Shown piece by piece: positions 8,872 to 17,302 of a DNA stretch of 64,000 nt. The notes below the pieces were generated by a model. That model was not told the DNA's origin and searched no databases. It was given only the letters and a program-made list of their open reading frames with translations. The translations under genes and the position numbers were made by a program. This stretch comes from a virus. Each line of letters opens with the position of its first letter. The first letter of the stretch is position 1. The stretch covers positions 1 to 64,000 of IMG/VR virus record IMGVR_UViG_3300025013_000002. One strand, given 5' to 3'.

Positions 8872-9403
8872 CTAGCGCCTCCTCGCTAAAAGGTTGATGA
8901 ACACTTCTGGCTTTCTTGGCTACAACCTCTGCTTCCGCAATTGTGTCAAATCTTCCGAAGTACATATAAGGGCCTCCTCCTGGCTCCTTGACTCGGACCG
9001 TCCATTTGCCAGATCTAGCACATTGGGACACCCCACGCACCCCTGACTTACTTCTTTTAGTGGCACCTTTTCTGTTCTGTCCATTTTCAGATTTTGTTGC
9101 CAACCTCAAGTTGCTCTTCCTGTTGTCACACGGGTTGTGGTTAATGTGGTCTACGTCGAAGCCTTTTGGTGCGTCTAACAAAAATCTTGACATGACAACA
9201 CGACTACTGGTACCCGACACCTTGCCATACACGACTACATAGCCGCCGCGTACCGTTAAACACCAATGCAGCCCACACTCTTTTAGTCGAGCAACATCTT
9301 CCGTGTCTACCAGAACTACCGCTATATGATTTCGCCCTTTTATCGTTAGTTCCGTAGTTTTGTCATTAATTTCTTCATATTCGTTGGTTACCCTACGACG
9401 CAT
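8864..9403 (-). CDS. free-standing HNH homing endonuclease (HNH_3 + AP2-like domain)
   Basis: VDHINHNPCDNRKSNLRLAT..EN..N followed by SGVRGV...W...YFGRFDTIAEA. Confidence 0.9.
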   Translation of the reverse strand: MRRRVTNEYEEINDKTTELTIKGRNHIAVVLVDTEDVARLKECGLHWCLTVRGGYVVVYGKVSGTSSRVVMSRFLLDAPKGFDVDHINHNPCDNRKSNLRLATKSENGQNRKGATKRSKSGVRGVSQCARSGKWTVRVKEPGGGPYMYFGRFDTIAEAEVVAKKARSVHQPFSEEALVA

Positions 9404-9795
9404 TTCTTGAACTCCATTTCCCTCAAGGGTGTCAGGCTCGAATCGCTAGGCTTGTCGGTGAGGCCGAAGCAGACCAGCTTCACGTCGGTGCTAATAAATC
9501 TACATCCCTTGAACAGGGAATGGCTATTTTCTCGAACCTGATACCCAGGAACCACGTAGCCTTCCGTTCTGGATTTGGGCACGTAAGAGCCAAGGATATC
9601 CCCTTCAATTATCAGCTTGTTATCCACGACCTTCGCGGAGTCCACAAATCCAACATTGAGGTGCTGATTGAAATCCCCAAGAATCGGAATCTCCTTCCCT
9701 TGTATGGCCTCAGCCATCTGGTAGAGAGCTTCGGGCGCGAATCTTTCTTGCCTCAAGTCAACTTCAGTCGAAGCGGCTTCTGCGATGAATCTCAT
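9388..9795 (-). CDS. HK97 prohead-protease-like protein, apparently degenerate
   Basis: VDLRQERFAPEAL...IPIL....VGFV...LIIEG...PGYQV...LVCFGLTDKPSD parallels the S78 protease pattern, but the catalytic Ser/His are not evident. Confidence 0.45.
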   Translation of the reverse strand: MRFIAEAASTEVDLRQERFAPEALYQMAEAIQGKEIPILGDFNQHLNVGFVDSAKVVDNKLIIEGDILGSYVPKSRTEGYVVPGYQVRENSHSLFKGCRFISTDVKLVCFGLTDKPSDSSLTPLREMEFKKCVVG

Positions 9796-10029
9796 TTAGG
9801 CCACCTCGTCTTCCGGGTCCTTGTCGCATCCGAACAAGGTGTCCATCCCGTACTCCTCGTTGGCTTCACAGGCAATGCCGTGGAGGATCAGATCAATCTC
9901 TTCGAGGGCATCGGTGTCGATCTCGTCGAAATTGCGAAGGCCGCAGAGACGATCAAGCACGTAGGCGCGAGCCTCTTTGAGTCGCTCCGGGTTGATTGCT
10001 AGGTGATAAATTTTGAATTCTTCGTTCAT
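9796..10029 (-). CDS. hypothetical protein
   Basis: AAGGAG RBS, 77 aa. Confidence 0.6.
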   Translation of the reverse strand: MNEEFKIYHLAINPERLKEARAYVLDRLCGLRNFDEIDTDALEEIDLILHGIACEANEEYGMDTLFGCDKDPEDEVA

Positions 10030-10048
10030 TTTGGATCTCCTTAACTCG

Positions 10049-10124
10049 TGGAGCCACTGACAGGAATCGAACCCGCAACATCTTGGTTACAAGCCAAGCG
10101 TTCTTCCATTTGAACTACAGCGGC
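10049..10124 (-). tRNA. tRNA-Thr(UGU) with encoded CCA
   Basis: Reverse complement folds as a cloverleaf: GCCGCTG acceptor, GTTC/GAAC D-arm, CTTGG-CT TGT AA-CCAAG anticodon arm, GCGGG-TTCGATT-CCTGT T-arm, 3' TCCA; 76 nt. Confidence 0.95.
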
Positions 10125-10129
10125 TTAAA

Positions 10130-10625
10130 TTAGTGTCCCGTATGAGGCCGGGACCACGCCTACTCCTGACTCACCCAGCACGTCTACCGGCCACCTCTGG
10201 AGTGTGGTGGTTGGCCTCGGACTTTCGCCTGCTAAGACGCTTAAGTTTCCGAGGCGCCATAAGTGTCCCTCACGGGACGTAGATTTCCGGTTCCCTCATT
10301 ACTACTCAACTGCACCGGAAGGTCGTTGAGCTATCCCCATAACCAGCAGGTCTCTGGAGCAGACTTCCACGCGGTCTGCCAGCGCTGCCTGAATAACTAC
10401 CGTAGAGTACAGGCTCCTCCCCTTTCACACGTTTCAGGTCGCTCATGTTAGGCTTGGGTACAACCACCGAGAACACAGGTTTGAGCTTCAAGCGCCTAGC
10501 AACTAGGCACCTCAGAGGCTTGCGCTCCAACTTCGCTGTACCAGCTACCAGCCTTAGCCAAATAAGGCCATGCCCTCAATGACGTGCTACTCGTCCGCGT
10601 CTACACCTCCTGTTCTGAGGGAGAA
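10130..10625 (-). ncRNA. candidate large structured non-coding RNA (about 490 nt) upstream of tRNA-Thr
   Basis: No credible ORF or RBS in an otherwise gap-free operon; more than 10 complementary segment pairs including long-range pairs, a GNRA tetraloop and an H-type pseudoknot (see findings). Boundaries approximate. Confidence 0.65.
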
Positions 10626-10644
10626 AAGTGAGCGGGGTTATTTC

Positions 10645-10854
10645 CTACAGAAACGCCTGCTTCATTTTCTCAGCGAGCCTGGTTGCTTCCAGACTTTCAC
10701 CAAGGTGCTTCTCGCGAGCATTCATCAGATCCGAAATCTTGGCTTCGATGCCTTCTGCGGCAGTGTCGTGCTTCGAGGAATGGGCCTCAAGTTCACGGAT
10801 GGCCTTCTGGAAGGTACCCATGATTTGGTCGATGGTTTTACATTTGAGGAACAA
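10645..10854 (-). CDS. small coiled-coil protein
   Basis: AAGGAG RBS, heptad pattern. Confidence 0.6.
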   Translation of the reverse strand: MFLKCKTIDQIMGTFQKAIRELEAHSSKHDTAAEGIEAKISDLMNAREKHLGESLEATRLAEKMKQAFL

Positions 10855-10879
10855 TTTATTCTCCTTTTAGTTTTTGGTT

Positions 10880-11083
10880 TTAGTCCTTAATCACGTCCAC
10901 GGTCTCCTGCATGAAGAACGTGGTCACTGAGCTGATCCAAATCAGGGCGAACATCGTCCCTACAACTCCCCAGACCCAACCTGCTGCCTGTAGCCGGTCC
11001 AGGAGGAGCCAAGCAACAATAGTCGGTACGGTTGGGATTCGCACAGGGATCTGCTTGTAGCTGATAACTTTTACTGATTTCAT
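10880..11083 (-). CDS. small membrane protein (2 hydrophobic segments)
   Basis: PTIVAWLLLD...WVWGVVGTMFALIWIS. Confidence 0.6.
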   Translation of the reverse strand: MKSVKVISYKQIPVRIPTVPTIVAWLLLDRLQAAGWVWGVVGTMFALIWISSVTTFFMQETVDVIKD

Positions 11084-11093
11084 TTTGTCTCCA

Positions 11094-11139
11094 GAACAAC
11101 TCCGCAGGCCAGGGAGGGCCTATACCTGCGGAGTTGCTC
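11094..11139 (-). terminator. long GC-rich hairpin after the SSB-like gene (terminator or processing signal)
   Basis: CAACTCCGCAGG...CCTGCGGAGTTG inverted repeat; no strong U-tract. Confidence 0.45.
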
Positions 11140-11144
11140 ACTTT

Positions 11145-12071
11145 TTAGAATACGATGTTGTCGAAGTCGGCGTCTTGTGCTCCTGCACCCAGGCCACCAG
11201 AATTGCCAGCCCCTTTACCCTCGATGCTCATTCCGGGAGGAAGAGATTTCTGCGCTTCTTCCTTGCGGGTAGCCGAGATCAACTTGCGCTGGGACTCGAA
11301 GCCCCTTACGGACTCGTCAACCGCCTTAACGGTCTCGGTCAGCAGCTTGCGCTCTTCGAGGGGATACGGGCGATCCTTCTGGAGAACCGGAGTGATGATC
11401 CAGTAGACGTTGGTGCCGTTGATCTGCTGCTCGGTGGTCAAGAGGGTCGGGAAGAAGTAGAGGGGAAATTTCCCCGCCGAGTCCAGGTACTGTTTGAAGG
11501 GCAGGAAGCTGGTACCCTTGAAGTACATGATCGCCCCTTTGGTCTCCTCACCTACCTTGACCTGCACGAAAACCTGATATTGACACGTACACTTTTCGTC
11601 CTTGAGCACGTTCTTCGCACGACGCGGGCAGGTTCTGGACATGCACTCGTGGCCCAAGTTGTCACCTACGGCTTTCTCGCCTGGATCGAGCACGAGTTGG
11701 CTCTGGCAGATGTGCTTCTTGGCGTCCTTGACTTTCTCAGAGTCCGGGAAGAACGAGAACTTGGTCCCGAATTTCACGATGGTGATCTCAGGATTGGCTC
11801 CGCAGTCGATGCCGATGTCCTCGATAATCGTGTTCTTGCCTTCTTGCTTCGTGATCTGGTTGTAGACAAAGTTCCCCATCGGGACGGTGTTGCCTTTGGT
11901 GTCCTTGATCGGGTACTTGTTGACTTTGAGAGTCGGGGTCTTATCGAACGAAGTGTTGGTGGCCTGCCCGGTCGCACCAAGAATTTCCCTGATCTCCTCT
12001 GGAGTCATGCCTTCAAAAAGGTCTGCGAGGTTCACTGTTGCTGCGTTAGTTTTTTCAGTTGCTTTTGCCAT
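11145..12071 (-). CDS. putative ssDNA-binding protein (T5 D11-like position)
   Basis: ATG at 12071 after AAGGA; acidic/aromatic C-terminal tail DADFDNIVF after a Gly-rich linker; upstream of the SbcD/SbcC genes as D11 is in T5. Confidence 0.55.
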   Translation of the reverse strand: MAKATEKTNAATVNLADLFEGMTPEEIREILGATGQATNTSFDKTPTLKVNKYPIKDTKGNTVPMGNFVYNQITKQEGKNTIIEDIGIDCGANPEITIVKFGTKFSFFPDSEKVKDAKKHICQSQLVLDPGEKAVGDNLGHECMSRTCPRRAKNVLKDEKCTCQYQVFVQVKVGEETKGAIMYFKGTSFLPFKQYLDSAGKFPLYFFPTLLTTEQQINGTNVYWIITPVLQKDRPYPLEERKLLTETVKAVDESVRGFESQRKLISATRKEEAQKSLPPGMSIEGKGAGNSGGLGAGAQDADFDNIVF

Positions 12072-12150
12072 TTTGAGATTTTCCTTAAATAATTTGAGAT
12101 AGTTGGGTTCCCTCCCTGATTTTTTAAATTCATTTGTGAATTGTTGGTGG

Positions 12151-12179
12151 AAAAGAGGAGCCCTCTTTGGGAGGGCTCC
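12151..12179 (-). terminator. intrinsic terminator
   Basis: GGAGCCCTC-ccaaa-GAGGGCTCC followed by TCTTTT on the minus strand. Confidence 0.8.
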
Positions 12180-12187
12180 GATCAAAA

Positions 12188-12577
12188 CTACAGCGCATCT
12201 ACCATCGCCCTAAGCTGCTCAAGGGATGCACCTAGGAGCTTCTCGTCTTCCTTCTGCGCGATGATCGACATGAGCTTCTGCTTCTTCTCCTTGGACTCCT
12301 TGACCTTCTCTGCAGCCTCGGCCTCGTTCAGTCTGACTTCTATCACGCGCTTGATGACCTCGAACTTGAGTTGGAGCACGGCGTCGAGGTTTTTGCTCTT
12401 GACGACGAAGCTCTCGGTGTCGCTGTCCTTCAGCTTGCGATGCAGGTCCTTGGCGATGTTGTCGAGGCAGGCGCCGTTGTTGACTGCGGTGAGCGGGAGG
12501 TCCCACAGGTCCTCGGTGCTGAGGTTGCCCTTGGGAGACTCGAAACGAATTTTCATCCTGCTGGCTTTTTCGAACAT
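12188..12577 (-). CDS. conserved phage hypothetical protein (coiled-coil C-terminus)
   Basis: MFEKASRMKIRFES.KG.LSTEDLWDLPL; AGGAGG RBS; co-transcribed with the 670-aa gene. Confidence 0.75.
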   Translation of the reverse strand: MFEKASRMKIRFESPKGNLSTEDLWDLPLTAVNNGACLDNIAKDLHRKLKDSDTESFVVKSKNLDAVLQLKFEVIKRVIEVRLNEAEAAEKVKESKEKKQKLMSIIAQKEDEKLLGASLEQLRAMVDAL

Positions 12578-12588
12578 TTTTCTTCCTC

Positions 12589-14601
12589 CTAGAAGTTGAT
12601 TTTGAGGGTGCGGGTGAAGCTACCCTTGACTCTGCAAAGTACGCTGCTGCGCTGCGTTGAGGAGAACCCGATTCCACTGAGTTGGTTCTCGGACTCCTCG
12701 ACCTTCATCTTGGAGCCTACGACCTCGAAGACCTTCCGGTGCGCGTTCAGTTCCTCGTTCAGGAACTCGTTGTAGAAGCCCCGCGCCTTGCCTTCGTTCA
12801 CGCACTTGTCGAGCATGAAGAAGAAGTGCTTGTTTCCTACGCCATGCCCGTCCCAGTGGTTCGGGGAGTGCATGAGGACGTTGACCTTGTGGAAGGTCTG
12901 CGTCGGGAGGCCCCATACGACCTTCGATGTCTGCGAAGAAGGCAGCGACTTGACGATCTCGAATCCGTCCTTGTGGCTGTACTTGATCTGGGCGACTTCG
13001 ACATAATCCCTGGGGTGCATCACCTTGGGGTACGCGAAGTTGTAGGTGGTCCCAGCGAACTCGATCTCGACTTCGAAACCGAAGTTGTCGCTGTTGCGCT
13101 GGGAGAACTGGTGGACCATCAGCGTATAAACGCCCTCGCGCATCTGGCGCTTGTCGGAGTAGTAAATATTCTCCGCAGGATCGGTCCTCATCCCGTCTGC
13201 GCCGTTTGCGTCCAGGTCGAGGCACCCACCATTCGGAGATAGCCTGCGGCGGTTCGAGTAGTAGATCTTGTGGCCGTTCGGCTCGATCATGTGGAAGTCG
13301 AGGTCGTCGGTATTGTTCCACGCCAGCCTGCAGCAGAGGTCGCCTTCGACCTTCCCACCAGCCTTCTTGACGCGCTCCTTGATCGAGTCCGTCATGTCGC
13401 CTGTGTACGACCACGAGAAGTTGTTCGGCCACTTGAACATGCCCTTGGCGTCAGAGTCGATGGGAGCGATCAGGCTGACCATGTTCCCGGCGTGCTTGTT
13501 CTCAAGCAGGATCTCCAACGACTCCACCTTCGGTAGAACATTGGAGATAAATTCTGCGATCCCGATTTCTTCAACTCGGTCGAAACTTTTCATGTTCTCG
13601 GGAACAGCCCCAGCCAACTCCTCGAACACATTAGTCATCCGCTGCTTGGATTCCCTGTTGGCGAACAGGATGTTGTTCACGGTGATGTCTTCCATGACCG
13701 CGTACCTGCGCTGGAGGGCAGAGGTTAACCCGAGTTCCTCGATTGTCCTCTGCGCCTTCTCGATCATGCCCTTGGTGATCAGAGCGCTGGGGCGCTTGTA
13801 GTTGCTAGGCGCCACCTTTGCCTCGAACGATCCTACAGACGGCTCCAGGTCCTTGCCTTCGGAGAGATCCACCAGCAAAGTCCCGATGACCGTGCCTCGA
13901 ATTTTGGAGACAGACTGGGGCACGCTCTTCACCCGCGACCAGCAGAAGATGTCGTGCTGCGAAGCCGGAAGCTTGGCGAATTCCTTCTTCAGCTTCAAGA
14001 AGCTCTCCACCGCGAACTTGTGTTCCTCGCCCCGGTACAGCGAATTCTGCGCGATCAGCTCCAGCACTGTGTCGATGGAATCCAGAGAGATTTCCTTGAG
14101 GCTCCTCAGGAAAACGTCCTTGGTGCTCCTGGACTCAGACAGTCTGGCGCCGATGTCGAGCCCTTTGACCACTCGGTCGGTCGGGATCTTGATGTAGAAG
14201 TGCTCCCAGGTAAGCATTTCTCCCGAATCCGTCTGCTGGAAGTTTTTGTCAACCCCGGCTACGGACTCAGGGTGGAGGAAGATGTTGCTGATTTCGCTGG
14301 ATTTAACCAGAGTGGAAAGCGCGTCCGAAACTACCTGATAGAAGCCGCCGGGCTGGGCGTCCCAGATACTGACCACTTTCCCGTCGATGATGGCAACTAC
14401 GTCGCCAACCGCTCTGATAAAGGATCGACAGCAGGTGCAATCGTGCTCCGTGCGTTCTTTGTAGATCGGATCGGTGCCTTCTGGGAAGCTGCTGAGGTAG
14501 GTCTCCCAGAGAAGATCCTTGGAAACCTCGGCGCGAAAAAGCTCGTGCTGCTTCATCACATCGAACTGCTTTTGAACCGCTACCTTGAAATCGTTGAACA
14601 T
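12589..14601 (-). CDS. large conserved phage protein with C-terminal YfaP/DUF2135-like motif
   Basis: ATG 14601 after AAGGAGG; HDCTCC motif near the N-terminus; LAWNNTDDLDFH..EP...LDLDAN...ENIYY. Confidence 0.7.
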   Translation of the reverse strand: MFNDFKVAVQKQFDVMKQHELFRAEVSKDLLWETYLSSFPEGTDPIYKERTEHDCTCCRSFIRAVGDVVAIIDGKVVSIWDAQPGGFYQVVSDALSTLVKSSEISNIFLHPESVAGVDKNFQQTDSGEMLTWEHFYIKIPTDRVVKGLDIGARLSESRSTKDVFLRSLKEISLDSIDTVLELIAQNSLYRGEEHKFAVESFLKLKKEFAKLPASQHDIFCWSRVKSVPQSVSKIRGTVIGTLLVDLSEGKDLEPSVGSFEAKVAPSNYKRPSALITKGMIEKAQRTIEELGLTSALQRRYAVMEDITVNNILFANRESKQRMTNVFEELAGAVPENMKSFDRVEEIGIAEFISNVLPKVESLEILLENKHAGNMVSLIAPIDSDAKGMFKWPNNFSWSYTGDMTDSIKERVKKAGGKVEGDLCCRLAWNNTDDLDFHMIEPNGHKIYYSNRRRLSPNGGCLDLDANGADGMRTDPAENIYYSDKRQMREGVYTLMVHQFSQRNSDNFGFEVEIEFAGTTYNFAYPKVMHPRDYVEVAQIKYSHKDGFEIVKSLPSSQTSKVVWGLPTQTFHKVNVLMHSPNHWDGHGVGNKHFFFMLDKCVNEGKARGFYNEFLNEELNAHRKVFEVVGSKMKVEESENQLSGIGFSSTQRSSVLCRVKGSFTRTLKINF

Positions 14602-14635
14602 CTGATCCTCCTTTTGTTTTGTCTTCAATCCATAT

Positions 14636-14690
14636 TTGAATCCTAATTCATTTCTGAATTATTGTCAAGCTAAAAATTCACTTCTGAATA
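14636..14690 (-). promoter_or_regulatory. sigma70-type promoter with two motif-A operators
   Basis: TTGACA (14668-14663); motif A 6 nt upstream (14675-14689) and again in the spacer (14645-14660). Confidence 0.7.
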
Positions 14691-14699
14691 CTTTCTGGT

Positions 14700-14736
14700 G
14701 AAAAAGAGGAGCCCCCTCCTAGCCGAGGGGCTCCTC
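14700..14736 (-). terminator. intrinsic terminator ending a short non-coding transcript
   Basis: GAGGAGCCCCTC...GGGGGCTCCTC-TTTTT. Confidence 0.8.
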
Positions 14737-14807
14737 ACAACTTCTGCACCTAGTTTGCGGCTATGCACAGCACTACTGTGTAACCGGGGACCACATGGAC
14801 TTGAAAT

Positions 14808-14860
14808 TCACAATAATCTACTTCGGCCTAAATGTCAAGCAAAAAATTCACATCTGAATA
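14808..14860 (-). promoter_or_regulatory. sigma70-type promoter with upstream motif-A operator
   Basis: TTGACA (14838-14833), 6 nt downstream of motif A at 14845-14859. Confidence 0.6.
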
Positions 14861-14861
14861 T

Positions 14862-15953
14862 TTATTTGACGATCATCAATTTTTCTGAAGCACGCGTATA
14901 CGCGGTGTAGCGCCAGCGACGGTGCATTTCCTCATCGTTCCCGAACAATTCCTCAAAGACCATAATTTTCGGCGCCTCTGAGCCCTGAAATTTGTGGCAG
15001 GTCAATGCGTAGCCGAAGTCGAACTGCTCGATGCCTCGCTGGTAATATACAGAACCACCAAGGAAAACCTGATCGTCGATATCGAGACATTCGTAGGCAA
15101 CCCCGTCGTCGTTCGTGAAGTCCAGGTAGCGACCAACCGAGTCATAATTAACGCACGTCCCGAGCATCCCGTTGACGAGCCCCATCTCGTTATTATTTTT
15201 CAGACAGATGAGCTTATCGCCGGGTGCAGGGAGATCGCCTTTAAATCCGAGTAATCCCCTGATTTCCTCGTTTAATTTCCTTCTAGTATTGTTGAACCCG
15301 CAGATCACCTGATCAGCGCTCAATAAAAATTCATCAGCCACGCGGAACCACGGGATCACGAAGCACGTATCTCCGTGCCTCCCGTACCCGATGTCCTCCC
15401 CAATCCGGATCGAGTGAGCCAGGCGAATAATCGGGTTGTCCATCGCCTGGCGGTGGATCGTCTCCAGTCGATAATCTGGGTTGAGCATCAGGTTCGCCTG
15501 ATCCTTGGACACAGGAGGAAGCTGAAAGTGATCACCGATGTAAAGTACCGGAATCCCGTAGCTTTCCAGATCCAACTTGATCGTGCTACTCACCATTGAG
15601 GACTCATCGCAGATGATCAGCTTGACCTTTTCTAGTTCCACGAAGGACCTTCGGCAAAACGTGACTTTTCCTTGATCGTCAATTCGGGGCCGGTAAATCA
15701 ACCCGTGGATCGTCGTAGCTGGCAAGCCTTTTTTACGAAGGACCATCGCCGCTTTGCCTGTGTAGGCGACGTGGCGGATGTCGTGCTCTTCTAGCTTGAG
15801 ATCATCGACGATGAAATTTACTAGCGTCGTTTTGCCGGTGCCTGCGTAACCACCAAGGACGAAGGTTTTGGATGTGGAGTCGATGGACTCGAACCAAGTT
15901 TTAATCGCGGTGACAGCGCCAGCTTGCTCGTCGGTTAGGGTTATTTCGGACAA
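14862..15953 (-). CDS. Dda/RecD-like SF1B helicase
   Basis: GYAGTGKT, AYTGKAA, TIH, DESSM, GDHFQLPPV, HRQ, YALTCHKFQGSE, YTAYTRA. Confidence 0.92.
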   Translation of the reverse strand: MSEITLTDEQAGAVTAIKTWFESIDSTSKTFVLGGYAGTGKTTLVNFIVDDLKLEEHDIRHVAYTGKAAMVLRKKGLPATTIHGLIYRPRIDDQGKVTFCRRSFVELEKVKLIICDESSMVSSTIKLDLESYGIPVLYIGDHFQLPPVSKDQANLMLNPDYRLETIHRQAMDNPIIRLAHSIRIGEDIGYGRHGDTCFVIPWFRVADEFLLSADQVICGFNNTRRKLNEEIRGLLGFKGDLPAPGDKLICLKNNNEMGLVNGMLGTCVNYDSVGRYLDFTNDDGVAYECLDIDDQVFLGGSVYYQRGIEQFDFGYALTCHKFQGSEAPKIMVFEELFGNDEEMHRRWRYTAYTRASEKLMIVK

Positions 15954-16937
15954 TTAGAACCTCCCTGAGAAGGGCTGGAGCCAGAAGTCAGCTTTTTCTG
16001 CAGCAGCGACTTTTCCACATTCGAGGAGCCATTCCTTGACTTCGTGAACGTCAGGAGAATTAGGGTTCCCGAAATCCTCCAGATTCTCCTTCAGGTACAC
16101 GATCCCCTCGACTCCAAAAATCTCCATCTCGACTTCAGGCGTGTGGTGAAGGTCAGCCAGCTTCAGGTTCCTGTAGGCCGTCTCGAAATTCTCCTTGAGC
16201 CCTTCCTTCACCTTCGCAGGCATCCTCGAAATTTGAAGCGAGTCCAATTGCTTCTCGACTTCCTGCATGGTCCCACATTGGCGAATCATCTTCAGGGCGA
16301 AGGTTTCCCCGAGGCCTTTCACGGTCCAGTAACCATCGGAGGTGTCACCCGACAAAGATTTTACGTGAGCGAACTGCCAAGGCTCGATCTCGTACTGCTC
16401 CTGGAAGGCCTTCAGGTTCAACCAGAGTTTGGGCGGGATCTTCTCGCCTTGGCTCAAGGGCATAATCATGGGCTTTGCGTAGCCCGCTTGTGCCACTCCG
16501 GGACGGAGGAGTTGTAGCATGTCCGCGTCGGTGCTCAGGACCATCACATCGAATTCTTCGAGGTCAACGTGGCGAACCACGAAGCTGATCACGTCGTCAG
16601 CCTCCACCCCTTTGACCGAGAGGCAGGGAATCCCCATTTTCCTCGCGAGGTCAACGCAGTCGGGCATCTCCTCGTTCCTGAATCGAGCGTAGCGAGCGAG
16701 TTCAGCCGCGTCCCATTTTTTCCTGGTTTCCTCTCGGTTCGCCTTGTAGCCTTCGTAGATGCCCAGGCGGTACTTGGATTTCCCGCCCTCGCACGCGAAC
16801 ACAACTTTGTGGACCTTGAACTGCTCGACGATCTTTTTGATGTCGCTGAGGAAGCTCCAGGCTTTGTCCGGGTTCTTGAAATGGTACTGGCTGAAGAAGG
16901 AGTTGGCGAAGTCCACAAGGAGGATTCGTTTTTTCAA
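15954..16937 (-). CDS. 5'-3' exonuclease / flap endonuclease (T5 D15-like)
   Basis: LLVD, YR..IY.GYKANR, GVEADDVI, STDADMLQL, GDTSDG..VKGLGE (H3TH motif). Confidence 0.92.
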   Translation of the reverse strand: MKKRILLVDFANSFFSQYHFKNPDKAWSFLSDIKKIVEQFKVHKVVFACEGGKSKYRLGIYEGYKANREETRKKWDAAELARYARFRNEEMPDCVDLARKMGIPCLSVKGVEADDVISFVVRHVDLEEFDVMVLSTDADMLQLLRPGVAQAGYAKPMIMPLSQGEKIPPKLWLNLKAFQEQYEIEPWQFAHVKSLSGDTSDGYWTVKGLGETFALKMIRQCGTMQEVEKQLDSLQISRMPAKVKEGLKENFETAYRNLKLADLHHTPEVEMEIFGVEGIVYLKENLEDFGNPNSPDVHEVKEWLLECGKVAAAEKADFWLQPFSGRF

Positions 16938-17299
16938 TTGGACCTCCCCAGCATTTCCTCAGCTTTCTTCCTTCTTGCCAATTCAGCCTCCTTTTCCAGC
17001 ACCAATTCGTGGACCTTCGCGATCACCTTTTCTTCCGAGTAATTCTTGTGGGTCTTGCCACAGCGGAGGCAGACTTTGGATTCTGGTGAACTGGGGATCG
17101 CCCGAGACAACCCACCGTGAAACGGTAGGAACTCGAAGAGCACAATTTCGTCGGACTCCCTTTTCCAATAAAACCAACCATCCTTTTTTTGCTGCCCACC
17201 AAAACCCTCGCGGGTCAAGAAATTACCTACCAATTCCCAGAGCAATGGTGCGTCATTCAGAACCTCCCAGTCATGCCAACCAATTTTACAGAGATTCAT
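16934..17299 (-). CDS. hypothetical protein (LC..GWH.W / C.RCGK zinc-binding type)
   Basis: ORF within the operon. Confidence 0.6.
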   Translation of the reverse strand: MNLCKIGWHDWEVLNDAPLLWELVGNFLTREGFGGQQKKDGWFYWKRESDEIVLFEFLPFHGGLSRAIPSSPESKVCLRCGKTHKNYSEEKVIAKVHELVLEKEAELARRKKAEEMLGRSN

Positions 17300-17302
17300 T
17301 TT

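Noticed and set aside
10306-10530. 74-aa minus-strand ORF (and 10263-10451 plus-strand ORF)
   Set aside because: No RBS, atypical composition, and lies wholly inside the base-paired region.
10130-10625. RNase P RNA, tmRNA or self-splicing intron
   Set aside because: GAAAGUCC occurs but near the 3' end and without the RNase P P4 partner; no tRNA-like termini or tag ORF; no interrupted host gene or recognisable intron core.
11085-12092. Long plus-strand ORFs antisense to real genes (also 13954-14646, 20109-21626 and others)
   Set aside because: Shadow frames caused by the codon bias of the minus-strand genes; no RBS or motifs.
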